The notes under the pieces: generated by a model | Databases searched by the model: none | What the model was told of the DNA's origin: nothing | Seen by the model: the letters and a program-made list of their open reading frames with translations, nothing else | Position numbers and translations under genes: made by a program | IMG/VR virus record: IMGVR_UViG_3300036985_004624 | Reading direction: 5' to 3' (one strand) | Length of the DNA: 64,000 bases | Source: a virus | In this document: positions 30,134 to 39,300 of the stretch, piece after piece | Layout: every line of letters begins with the position of its first letter | How positions within the stretch are numbered: the stretch's first letter is position 1

Positions 30134-31193
30134 TATTTTTTGACCTTCTAAATTCTGCCAACCAACTCAACGCGGTGGGATACTTTTTTGGAGTATGTTT
30201 AACTTCGTCTGATTTTTCTATTCTATTATCTAATAATTCCACAATTTCTTCAGGTACTGAATCATGTATCTTGGCTTCTTCTTCGACTGCATGAAGAGGT
30301 ATTCCAGAAAAATCCACACGCTGGTCGGGTTCGGTGCTCCTGCTTTCTTCGATATGCGGAGAGTCTTCAACTTGCTCTTTGTCATCGGGGATAGTAATTT
30401 GCGGCCCATCAACCGTATCCGTTTCTTTCTTTTTACTTTTCTCATTTTGGAGTCGCAGTAAGGTATGGTTAGCGGCAATTAATAGTATAACTGCTAAAGG
30501 ATCTAATGTCGATACAATCAGTAATGTAAATAATTTTACTGCCGCTTCAATATTTTTAGTTTCATCGCCACTGCTACTATAAAATAACTCGGCAATATAC
30601 CTAATGGGGCCAACTTCTAATTTAAGTGCTCTAACTTCGGATTGTAATTTAAACTTCTCGTCACTATATCCATCTATCTTTTTGTGAGCAGATTCTATAT
30701 CTCCGCGCAATTGTTTACGCTGCGAAGCTTGTGAACGGCGTATTACTACCGCCCTATCTGCATTATCTTTACCTAGATAAGAATTAACTGTTGTATCTAA
30801 CTGTGTGATAACTTTTTCATCATCCGCTATAACAGATTTTTCTCTTGCTATCTGCTGGTCTAATCTTTCTACCTTGGCAGAATTATCTATAGTAGCAGCG
30901 CCTTGTTCTAAATGGCTTTTCGTTAAAAAGCCAAATACGGAAATACTTGTTATCAGCATTAGTGCAGCGATGGAATATATAAGAGGGCCTCGCAATTTCC
31001 ATTTAGCTTCAGGCCAATTCCTATATATCCAACTTACTGTAACTAATTTAGCGAACTCTAAAACTACACCCATTACAAATGCGGCGTGCATTGGCGCACC
31101 TGCATAAATAGACATAATACCTACTATAGAGAACCAGCCAGCTACCGCTGCAAGCGATAAAGCAGAGAATAAAGTTAATAGTGCAAATATCAT
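30126..31193 (-). CDS. Multi-pass membrane coiled-coil protein
   Basis: Three N-terminal hydrophobic segments, GFLTKSH, coiled coil, EVGPIRYIA, LDPLAV. Confidence 0.75.
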   Translation of the reverse strand: MIFALLTLFSALSLAAVAGWFSIVGIMSIYAGAPMHAAFVMGVVLEFAKLVTVSWIYRNWPEAKWKLRGPLIYSIAALMLITSISVFGFLTKSHLEQGAATIDNSAKVERLDQQIAREKSVIADDEKVITQLDTTVNSYLGKDNADRAVVIRRSQASQRKQLRGDIESAHKKIDGYSDEKFKLQSEVRALKLEVGPIRYIAELFYSSSGDETKNIEAAVKLFTLLIVSTLDPLAVILLIAANHTLLRLQNEKSKKKETDTVDGPQITIPDDKEQVEDSPHIEESRSTEPDQRVDFSGIPLHAVEEEAKIHDSVPEEIVELLDNRIEKSDEVKHTPKKYPTALSWLAEFRRSKNNG

Positions 31194-31226
31194 CTAATAT
31201 TTATCACTAAATAATCACATATATTA

Positions 31227-31703
31227 TTATTCGAACTCCTTGTCTTCCCTGTGTCCTACTCTCATAGCCATATTAGCATCTGTTTCTCTTACTTCCACCT
31301 TACAGCACCAAACTCGTTCTGCCTCTGCTGAACCGCAATTGGGCAGAAAAATTGTGTTTATGTACTCATAAATAAAATCGGCAAGACCTTCGCAGCCTGT
31401 TTTTTCTACTACAGTAATCTTTGCCAATCTTAATTGACCAAGATGAAGCAATTCTTCTTTCATCGGGTCATCCTGCGCTACAAGTAATGTATGATCAAAC
31501 CAATCTTCCAATACACCCTTAAGTGGTTTTAATCCGCCGAAATCAAATACCCAATTACGAGCATCTAGAGTGTCTGATTCAAATTCTAAATGAAAAGATA
31601 GTGCATATCCATGAATAAGATTGCAATGGGAATCTGATCGCCATTGTCTATAAGCTACTGGCCCAATTTGTTTATATGTTTTAGTTGAAATATATTTTGT
31701 CAT
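31227..31703 (-). CDS. queD: 6-carboxytetrahydropterin synthase (QueD/PTPS)
   Basis: HCNLIHGY, WVFDFG, FDH, GCE, VRET. Confidence 0.9.
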   Translation of the reverse strand: MTKYISTKTYKQIGPVAYRQWRSDSHCNLIHGYALSFHLEFESDTLDARNWVFDFGGLKPLKGVLEDWFDHTLLVAQDDPMKEELLHLGQLRLAKITVVEKTGCEGLADFIYEYINTIFLPNCGSAEAERVWCCKVEVRETDANMAMRVGHREDKEFE

Positions 31704-31858
31704 AATGCCTCTTTTTCGTCTTTATTACAGCAGGTACAATTCCTGCCTTGATCACAATCGTGTGTACAATTCGATTCAATGATTCTTCCATATATTATTG
31801 CTAATCTAAGAACAATGCACAGATTTAATGCGAGTATTATTAAGAGTAATGCAATCAT
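31700..31858 (-). CDS. 52-aa membrane-anchored Cys-rich microprotein (not in ORF track)
   Basis: MIALLLIILALNLCIVL...NCTHDCDQGRNCTCC...; ATGA overlaps at both ends. Confidence 0.65.
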   Translation of the reverse strand: MIALLLIILALNLCIVLRLAIIYGRIIESNCTHDCDQGRNCTCCNKDEKEAL

Positions 31859-32322
31859 AGTAGTTTCTCCTTACAATTTTCAGAATCTGCCACACGCTTT
31901 CGTAGATTACTGGAACTAAAACTATGATCGCGTCCGTTATATACTATTTCAATATTGCGGTTACGACATATATCTTTGCCAGTAAAGGATATGTCTTTAT
32001 ACTCTACACCTAGTATTCTTACATTAACTGGTAAAATTAATAATAAGTCTTCTAGATCTTTTTCAGTTTCATATACAACTACTTCATCTACATTTCTATT
32101 TGTAGCAAGTTGTATTTGTCTTTCCACGATACTTTGAACTGGTTTGTTCTTAATTCCTGGCCTGTCGATTGTCGGATCTGTCTGCAATCCTGCTATTAAA
32201 TAGTCGCAATGATTTTTAGCTTCGCTCAACATTGCTATATGTCCAGCATGTAGTAAATCGAAGGTAGAGAAAACAATCCCTACCTTCATACCTTTTAGTT
32301 CTTTACTTTTATTAAAGATCAT
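31855..32322 (-). CDS. TagD-like cytidylyltransferase
   Basis: FDLLHAGH, RDHSFSSS.LR. Confidence 0.88.
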   Translation of the reverse strand: MIFNKSKELKGMKVGIVFSTFDLLHAGHIAMLSEAKNHCDYLIAGLQTDPTIDRPGIKNKPVQSIVERQIQLATNRNVDEVVVYETEKDLEDLLLILPVNVRILGVEYKDISFTGKDICRNRNIEIVYNGRDHSFSSSNLRKRVADSENCKEKLL

Positions 32323-32333
32323 ATAAGATATCC

Positions 32334-33017
32334 TTATCTCCGTGAATCTACCGGCACTAATCTCATAAATTCAGAACGAACGTGCGATTCATCTTTAAAA
32401 CACCCGCCCAATTTACTTGTTACAGTACTCGATCCCACATCTTCCACGCCACGACTCTTAACACAAAAATGTTGAGCATGAATAACTACTCCGATATTAT
32501 CTGTTTCAAGAATATATTGTAGTGCATGATAAATCTGCTCAGTTAGTCGCTCTTGGATTTGCGGCCTCTTACTAAAGTATTCAACGATCCGATTAATCTT
32601 ACTAAGGCCCAGTACCTTTTGCTTAGGAATATAACCGACCGTTGCAACACCATCGATAACAACAAAGTGATGTTCGCAGTTAGATTGTACATTGATATTC
32701 CTTTCAACGACCATTTCGTCGTATTTCATTTTATTATCTACAGTGGTGCATTTAGGAAATGCTTCGTAGTCAAGACCCCAGAAGATTTCGTTTACATACA
32801 TTTTAGCGACACGCTTAGGTGTTTCTTCTAAACTATCATCGCTCAGGTCTAGCCCTAGCGTTTCCATGATAGCAGCGAAATGATGTTCGATCTTTTCTAT
32901 TTTTTCTTTACGATCCATAAAATCAGATTCGCAGGGTGTTTCGACACCCATTCTAACTAGATGCTCGTGTACTTCCTGACCCAATCCCGGGTCGCATTTT
33001 GTTTTATTATATGACAT
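32334..33017 (-). CDS. folE: GTP cyclohydrolase I
   Basis: ETPKRVAKM, SNCEHH, GLSK..R, RPQIQERLT, HFCVKSRG. Confidence 0.97.
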   Translation of the reverse strand: MSYNKTKCDPGLGQEVHEHLVRMGVETPCESDFMDRKEKIEKIEHHFAAIMETLGLDLSDDSLEETPKRVAKMYVNEIFWGLDYEAFPKCTTVDNKMKYDEMVVERNINVQSNCEHHFVVIDGVATVGYIPKQKVLGLSKINRIVEYFSKRPQIQERLTEQIYHALQYILETDNIGVVIHAQHFCVKSRGVEDVGSSTVTSKLGGCFKDESHVRSEFMRLVPVDSRR

Positions 33018-33083
33018 TGATAACCTTCCTTTATGATGGTTTGTTTTTGATTTGTGCTACCATTGTGTAGCATAGTTATTTAT

Positions 33084-33770
33084 CTAAACACCTAAGATGT
33101 GTTCTCTAAAAGCGGCAGTAGAAATTGGAACGATAGGTTCGATCAATTTCAACATAGCTTCAGCATAAACACGAATTTCGTATTGTGCATGAGAATGTAA
33201 TCTAAGTTTAAGGAAGTGAAATAAGTTATGTAAATCGCAAGTAGCAAACATATGACTATATGTTCCTACCGGTAGTACCGAACGTGCTAACTCACGAGGG
33301 CAACCATTTAATATTAACTTGCGATAATGGCTGAAGGAAGCTTCGCTAGATGATCTGATAATTTCGGCCACGCCTTCTGCATCCCGATGTTGTTCGTCTG
33401 TACGCATCTGCTTATTAGATGATGACTGAGTGGTAATTTGAGCTAGTTCCGGCACGTAGAATTCTTCTGGCAGCTCTGCATAACGAGCAGAAATTTCATT
33501 AAAACTCCAAGTACGATGTCTGTGCCATTGTCTAAATACAAAGATAGGTGCTTTTACATCAAATGTAAAAACGCAAGATTCAAACGGACTGGTATGTTTA
33601 TTTTTTAACAAGTAATGGAGCAATTTGGCATCTTTGCCATCGTCGTCACCTGCTCGCCATTCTGCATCGTAGGATACTCTGGCATTACGCACAATGGATA
33701 AGTCGCTACCCATGCTTTCGACCAATCGTACATGGCCATGATCTAAAACTTTAATAATATTATCTTGCAT
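33084..33770 (-). CDS. thyX: FAD-dependent thymidylate synthase
   Basis: H-x-SPFE, RQWHRHRTWSFNEISARY, HAQYEIR; start MQDN after AGGAGA. Confidence 0.96.
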   Translation of the reverse strand: MQDNIIKVLDHGHVRLVESMGSDLSIVRNARVSYDAEWRAGDDDGKDAKLLHYLLKNKHTSPFESCVFTFDVKAPIFVFRQWHRHRTWSFNEISARYAELPEEFYVPELAQITTQSSSNKQMRTDEQHRDAEGVAEIIRSSSEASFSHYRKLILNGCPRELARSVLPVGTYSHMFATCDLHNLFHFLKLRLHSHAQYEIRVYAEAMLKLIEPIVPISTAAFREHILGV

Positions 33771-33814
33771 ATCTTCTCCTGATATGCAAATTGTATACGA
33801 AAATCTATCGAAAG

Positions 33815-34060
33815 TCAAAAGCCTTCAATTAATCGCCTAACAATATAATCTGCTTCTGTTATGTTCTCTATAAAATCTGTGTGACCCATACCTAATTCGG
33901 CCGGGCCGTCAGAACCCCATATCTCATATTTTTTATAATAATACTCGAACCACACATATTCGCCTTCCACGCACTGCTTTGGCAAAATTGCAAATCGTTT
34001 CTTATATGCGAAATAAGATTTTAAACCAGGTTCAAGTCGCCAATTACCACTGAACGACAT
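33815..34060 (-). CDS. Hypothetical protein
   Basis: 81-aa ORF filling the gap. Confidence 0.55.
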   Translation of the reverse strand: MSFSGNWRLEPGLKSYFAYKKRFAILPKQCVEGEYVWFEYYYKKYEIWGSDGPAELGMGHTDFIENITEADYIVRRLIEGF

Positions 34061-34086
34061 ATTAAATAAGGGGCCGAAGCCCCTTT
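34061..34086 (-). terminator. Intrinsic terminator (UUCG loop)
   Basis: aaggggc-ttcg-gcccctt then attt on the minus strand, right after the hydrolase stop. Confidence 0.75.
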
Positions 34087-34087
34087 C

Positions 34088-34627
34088 CTATTCTTTTGCT
34101 GGATACAATTTATAAAAATCGTGATTTCCAACTGACATTGTTTTAATCAACTCGTGTTTCCAAGCAGGATTACTTGTATGTGGATTATGGAAATGAGTTG
34201 CCCCATTTGTATTATCATCCACATTACCTCCAAGCACAGTAATCGCTACAATACTGGCAACCTGGAATTGATCTACTACTCGTTGATTAACTGTTCCATC
34301 TTTATTTCTCACAGGTATTTCTCTACCTTTCTTGTCATTTTCGCAATACCAGGAAAACGCACAGACAAGTCGTTTACTGATTCTTGATACAGCGGTTTGT
34401 TTAACCACTGCACAAACAGTATCCGGAAATCGCCCATCATTGGCGCGATTTAAGGTAACAGAAGCAACTGCAAATTGACCTCGGATATCTTCATTTCTTG
34501 CTTCATAATAGATATTCTCTGCCAAGCAATACGCTTGTTCAGGGTCTACCTTAGATGTGTCAACGTCTATACCGACGATGTTAGCTGTACTAATGAGATA
34601 CGCTAATAATAATTTAGCTGTAATCAT
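34088..34627 (-). CDS. SleB-like cell wall hydrolase (Hydrolase_2)
   Basis: CLAENIYYEARNE..GQ.AVA.V.LNR...FP.TVC.VV.Q, AFSW, GATHFH; N-terminal signal-like segment. Confidence 0.92.
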   Translation of the reverse strand: MITAKLLLAYLISTANIVGIDVDTSKVDPEQAYCLAENIYYEARNEDIRGQFAVASVTLNRANDGRFPDTVCAVVKQTAVSRISKRLVCAFSWYCENDKKGREIPVRNKDGTVNQRVVDQFQVASIVAITVLGGNVDDNTNGATHFHNPHTSNPAWKHELIKTMSVGNHDFYKLYPAKE

Positions 34628-35279
34628 TCTTACCTCGCGATTTATATATTCGCCCCTTCTTCCACTCGACTCCCGGCGATTCCTTTTGCATTTTACACAG
34701 TGTACCGTTGTTCCACCATAATACACCACGCGATAATCTCCCATTATACCACCCAGTGCCTGGACATTCCTTTGATCTCATCTCCGTTATTCCATCAGTC
34801 CAGTGTGGCAAATTCGATTTTAATCTGGCACTTCTTTTAATTCCGTTATTATCCTCTTCAGCTATAAGTCGTTTCTGTACTTCCGAAAATATTTTACCAG
34901 ATTCTTGTGTATGTTTCTTACCGCGCATCTTCATACGTGTCTCTTCTGTATGAATATACCCTTCCATAGACTTAATAAACATAATTCGTGCCTGTTCATA
35001 TGCTCGCGCAGTAATCTTGTATTTTCTTATTAATGTGCCGTGCATATTCTTCTGTGACATAAACCACAATCCCTGTGCTAATTTAGAATTGGTTGGATAA
35101 ATTTTGCATAATAGATAATGTGCTACATAATGCTCTCTGGCCGTAAGTATAGCAATATTTTCTCTATCGTTTGTACCCTTCATCGAAACAGGAATAATAT
35201 GGTGCCTCTCTGTATAATCGCTAATTTTACGATTCAGTGAACGATGTATTAAATCTGAATATATTTTTGTATAATTCAA
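34614..35279 (-). mobile_element. Free-standing HNH homing endonuclease with NUMOD3-like and W-x-N/D-G repeats
   Basis: ERHHIIP...G.N...N...LTAREHYVAH.LL; HTEETRMKM. Confidence 0.88.
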
Positions 35280-35408
35280 TACTCTCCCCTAATGCTCCCT
35301 CTAAACTCACAAGGGATAGTTATTTAGCAATAGTATTATAGCATAAAGTACATTGTGAAGTCAAATCAAAAATTATGGATAAATAATGTAAATGAAAAAG
35401 GGTTTCTT

Positions 35409-37487
35409 ATGAAGTTATCACATGTCACAGAAAATGGTATTCCAACGGGAGATGAAGCTGCCGAAAGAGTCACTAAGTACTTACAATCAAGGAAACATCT
35501 AAAGGCGGCGCCGGCTGCACATGTAAGAAATCCGGGCAATAATGAATATCATAGGGAACAAGATCGGTCAGAACAAAGACGAAGGGACGAACTATCATCT
35601 ATAGAAGAATCTCCTGATATGCCTGAGCCGGGCGATAATATACGAACTAGAAAAACAAAGATGGAAGGTAAGGTTAAGAAAGTTAGTGGTGATATAGTCT
35701 TATTTCAATTGGTCGATGGTAGAATGATGAAGACATCTATTGGAAATGTTATAGTGATAGAAAAACTTGCAGACGAGGATGACGAGATCATGGAAGCAGG
35801 TTGGAAAAATGCAGTCGCTGCCGGTGCTATGGCATTAGGCTCATTAGGATCAGGTGGCGCACATGCCGGTGGCGTATCGCTTGACCACGGACAAGGTTTT
35901 CAACCACAAGATCAGGTTACATTAAATCAACGAGTTCAGCAGCAACAAAATCGGCAGGATCTCAGCAATTATAGCACAGAATATTTACAGAAAGCGGCCG
36001 ACCCCAATCGTTTCGGACGGTTTATGGTAAGTGTCGACAATGCTAAAGCAGAATTACAAGATAGAGAGAACGGCAAACAACAGACAGTTGCGGCGCCAAC
36101 CGCAGAAAAACAGTCAAGTGGGTATAGCACAGAATATTTACAGAAAGCTGCCGATCCGAAACGTTTTGGTAGATTTCTAATTAGTGTAGAAAAAGCACAG
36201 GAGTTATTAGATCAAATGAAAGAATCTTTCGAACTTAACGAAATATCAGACACAGTTATCAATAAATGGCAGAAGGAAAAACTTGGACCGCAAATGGATG
36301 CTGCAAAAGCAAGAGGCGATACAGAAGAGGAAGATCGGGTTTATGGTAAGATTATAAAATCTACAAAACATATGGGCGATAACTTCGAAAGAAGGGCAGC
36401 GCAGAAGGTGGCAGCACAGCAAGATGTTGAGGAAGGGAAGGCAGATTATAATTTTAGCATAGAAGACTTAAAACGCCTCGAACAAATTAGAGATCTTCCT
36501 ACATTAAAAGTTCAAGCGATGAACTTAATTAGTAAACCTAGCATTAAGCCGATGAAGCCGGAGAAGATCGAATGGTTCAAAAATTCGTTAGAAAGAATGA
36601 ATAGCCCGACAAAAGTTATTAAATTAATGTACGATCTATTATTAAGTGGCGAAGGTAATTCGGTTATAGGTACAAGATCTTCGATGAAGTCTAATGACTA
36701 TCGTCAACGATTCGGCGAGCAAGGTGTGGACGAAGAGCAAATTAATGAATTAGATCGCGAAACTGTGAAAAGATACGTACCAGCAAGAATAAATAAGGCA
36801 AAAGAATTAGCTCGAACAGACTTTGATAAGGCCGAAAGAGTCACACAACAAGATTTACCGCGTGCATTAGGTAAACTTAAAGATAAGTCATATGGTTACG
36901 CTGGAAAGGATATACTGTTCTATGCTAAATTATCTAATGGACAGAAAGTTTATGCCAGAATTAAAGATAAAGAGCAGTTAGGAGACTTACAACAACAATA
37001 TGCTGATGCAGAATGTAAGATGTTCGATTTTAATCGTCCCGATATACAAAAATGGTTGGAAGCACGCAGAATTAATCTGCGTAAATTCGAGCCAGGTATG
37101 GTTCAGACTATGGGTAACGTAACAGAAGGCGAAGAAATCAATAATCCTGCCGATACAGTAACAGTAGATGTACCTTTATTGATTCGGATCATGGAATACG
37201 CCAAAGAAGACGCAAAAACCGACTTAGATTTGCACAATGCAGCCGAGAAGTTAATCGAGTTAAGCCAGGAAGGCAGAACACTCACAATGGATGACTACGC
37301 AACCATGATTGGTGATGTAAATGAAGGTGGTATGGGTGGCATAAACCGGTCTGCACCTTCCAACGATGTGAGTTATCAGGATGTACTAGATGACTCAACA
37401 GATGAGTGGAGGGGTGATACTGTAAAGGTGAAGGAATCAATACCTTATTCAGTAAGACTTAAAACTTTCTTGAAAGATATCGATTAA
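35409..37487 (+). CDS. Modular acidic polyprotein-like head protein
   Basis: Start MKLSHVTE; GATAAATA upstream; internal duplicated YSTEYLQKAADP module. Confidence 0.7.
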   Translation: MKLSHVTENGIPTGDEAAERVTKYLQSRKHLKAAPAAHVRNPGNNEYHREQDRSEQRRRDELSSIEESPDMPEPGDNIRTRKTKMEGKVKKVSGDIVLFQLVDGRMMKTSIGNVIVIEKLADEDDEIMEAGWKNAVAAGAMALGSLGSGGAHAGGVSLDHGQGFQPQDQVTLNQRVQQQQNRQDLSNYSTEYLQKAADPNRFGRFMVSVDNAKAELQDRENGKQQTVAAPTAEKQSSGYSTEYLQKAADPKRFGRFLISVEKAQELLDQMKESFELNEISDTVINKWQKEKLGPQMDAAKARGDTEEEDRVYGKIIKSTKHMGDNFERRAAQKVAAQQDVEEGKADYNFSIEDLKRLEQIRDLPTLKVQAMNLISKPSIKPMKPEKIEWFKNSLERMNSPTKVIKLMYDLLLSGEGNSVIGTRSSMKSNDYRQRFGEQGVDEEQINELDRETVKRYVPARINKAKELARTDFDKAERVTQQDLPRALGKLKDKSYGYAGKDILFYAKLSNGQKVYARIKDKEQLGDLQQQYADAECKMFDFNRPDIQKWLEARRINLRKFEPGMVQTMGNVTEGEEINNPADTVTVDVPLLIRIMEYAKEDAKTDLDLHNAAEKLIELSQEGRTLTMDDYATMIGDVNEGGMGGINRSAPSNDVSYQDVLDDSTDEWRGDTVKVKESIPYSVRLKTFLKDID

Positions 37488-37585
37488 GAACTTCGTTTTT
37501 GTGCTGGCCAATTTGGGCAGGCTTCACACGGCTGAAGAAGTTTCGTGAGAGAACATTCGATGCAACTCATCCAGAATACTTTCAT
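37484..37585 (-). CDS. 33-aa CxxC-x8-CxxC microprotein (not in ORF track)
   Basis: MKVFWMSCIECSLTKLLQPCEACPNWPAQKRSS*; ATGA overlap with the upstream gene. Confidence 0.45.
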   Translation of the reverse strand: MKVFWMSCIECSLTKLLQPCEACPNWPAQKRSS

Positions 37586-37767
37586 ACTGACTCCAGTTCA
37601 GCAATCTTCTTGCGATATTCTTTACAGCGGTCGCATAGATATCTAATCAAACCAGAAGAAAGTTCGATAGCTGAGTCTTTACCAAACTTCTCCTGCCACA
37701 TTTTCCAGAATTCCATCTCTTCCTCAAGTTCCGGTGTAAGTTCAAACTGGTGATGTAGTGTTTTCAT
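37582..37767 (-). CDS. Hypothetical protein
   Basis: Start MKTLHH after GAGGA, just past the nadV stop. Confidence 0.55.
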   Translation of the reverse strand: MKTLHHQFELTPELEEEMEFWKMWQEKFGKDSAIELSSGLIRYLCDRCKEYRKKIAELESV

Positions 37768-37768
37768 A

Positions 37769-39211
37769 TTACTTCCTCGCGTTAGCGCGAACTTCGTCAA
37801 AGGTGATTTCCTTCACCAAGACACCATCACGATAGACTTCCGAGAGAGCCTCGACCCACGGGCCAATGCTCTTGTCAGCCCAACCACGGGGTTGTTCAAC
37901 AGCAGATTCAAACGAACCGCCGCTTTGCCAAAGAGTCACGCGACCCTTCTTGGATGCCTTGCCGTGATCAGTGATCGGATCCTTGAACACATCACGCCAT
38001 TCTACCCGAGACGGGGTGACAAATGTTGGATCATCGCTAAACTCTACATACTCACGAACACCGATCGCAGAACACTTCATTGCAAAACGCATTGTGTCAC
38101 GATTGACTTGTTGAAGCAGCGCACCACCTTGACCAAATGCCACATTGTCTGCACTGAATCCAGCAAGTTCCATACAGAACAAAATGCTGCGAATTGTAGC
38201 ATGATCAATGCCATCACCTTGGATAACGCGGACATTGTTTAATACACGGAATCCCTTGGCGTTCTTCACAGAACCGTAGTACTTTTCCAGAATGTAAAGA
38301 CACTTGGTGACCACTTCGCTTGGTTCACCAGAGTCAGGACGAATGACAACAACAGCGCCTGAGTCAAGCACGTCTTGTTTCAGTTCTGTGCCCCACATCT
38401 TGCAGGCATTGTAAATGTCGTATGAGTCCGAGACGAACGCAATCGGGGCGCCGGCCTTGCCGTGTGTTTTCAGCATGTTCCTGTAGGAATCTACTTCGTG
38501 GTCCTTGCCCCAGGATGTTACAGTAGAATGCTCCATAGCAGGTATGCTGAACCCAGCAATACCAGCATTATAAAACTCACCTGCGTACAATAACCCAGAT
38601 ATGTTGTCAGTTCCCATGAAGTTAATGAGGTGTGCTGCTCCACCCAATCCGGAACTTTCGAAGCTACTAACGCCACGGGCGCCAAAGTCGTGAAGCTTAA
38701 AATCAATAAGAGTAGGGTCACCAGTTTTCTCCAAGTAGTCAAGAATAATTTTCTTCGATTCGTAGCTGTTTGTAGCTACTGTGGTAGGATACCAGATTGC
38801 GCGCAGAATGGCCGTTTCCAGGAAGCTTGTGAGCCACCAGCACTTCGGGTCGGTGTTGACGATTGTTGCTAGGACGTTCTTAGTCGGAATGAGTGTACCT
38901 TCTGGGGCCGCTTTAATGACGACTGGAAGACGACCTTCGTGCGCCTCAAGAATATATTCCCACCCTTCACGATAAAACGGTTCACCGTGAGCAGTGATAA
39001 TGGCTTCTGCAACATCGATATCTTCCTTGGTGATCGGAGTAGTCAAATACTCCTTGATGAATGCCTGCAATCCGAAAAAGACTGTTTTGTTCCACTGACC
39101 GCCACGCGATTCAATGTAAGAATACACATATTCGGTATTTTTAGGGTATTGATTCCACTGAGAGAATTTATAACTGTCACTATTAAGTATCAGGTTGTGA
39201 GATAATTTCAT
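37769..39211 (-). CDS. nadV: Nicotinamide phosphoribosyltransferase
   Basis: DSYK.S, LHDFGARG, SIPA.EHS, VSDSYD, IRPDSG, QGDG, KDPITD..K.SKKG. Confidence 0.97.
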   Translation of the reverse strand: MKLSHNLILNSDSYKFSQWNQYPKNTEYVYSYIESRGGQWNKTVFFGLQAFIKEYLTTPITKEDIDVAEAIITAHGEPFYREGWEYILEAHEGRLPVVIKAAPEGTLIPTKNVLATIVNTDPKCWWLTSFLETAILRAIWYPTTVATNSYESKKIILDYLEKTGDPTLIDFKLHDFGARGVSSFESSGLGGAAHLINFMGTDNISGLLYAGEFYNAGIAGFSIPAMEHSTVTSWGKDHEVDSYRNMLKTHGKAGAPIAFVSDSYDIYNACKMWGTELKQDVLDSGAVVVIRPDSGEPSEVVTKCLYILEKYYGSVKNAKGFRVLNNVRVIQGDGIDHATIRSILFCMELAGFSADNVAFGQGGALLQQVNRDTMRFAMKCSAIGVREYVEFSDDPTFVTPSRVEWRDVFKDPITDHGKASKKGRVTLWQSGGSFESAVEQPRGWADKSIGPWVEALSEVYRDGVLVKEITFDEVRANARK

Positions 39212-39252
39212 AATAAAGTTCCTTTATTTAAATGCCTAACTCTATCGTCAGG
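39212..39252 (-). promoter_or_regulatory. Two-hairpin leader element, nadV copy
   Basis: CCUGAC-GAUAGA-GUUAGG, then AAUAAAG-GAA-CUUUAUU abutting AUG. Confidence 0.65.
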
Positions 39253-39271
39253 ACTTTTCTTACTATGACTT

Positions 39272-39300
39272 ATTGTAGCAGAATTACTATTTTAAGTCAA
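39272..39300 (-). promoter_or_regulatory. sigma70-type promoter TTGACT-17-TACAAT for nadV
   Basis: Near-consensus; predicts an about 55-nt leader containing both hairpins. Confidence 0.7.

Noticed and set aside
35970-36212. Duplicated segment as a DGR template/variable pair
   Set aside because: Both copies are in one ORF, differences are not adenine-specific, and no reverse transcriptase is seen.
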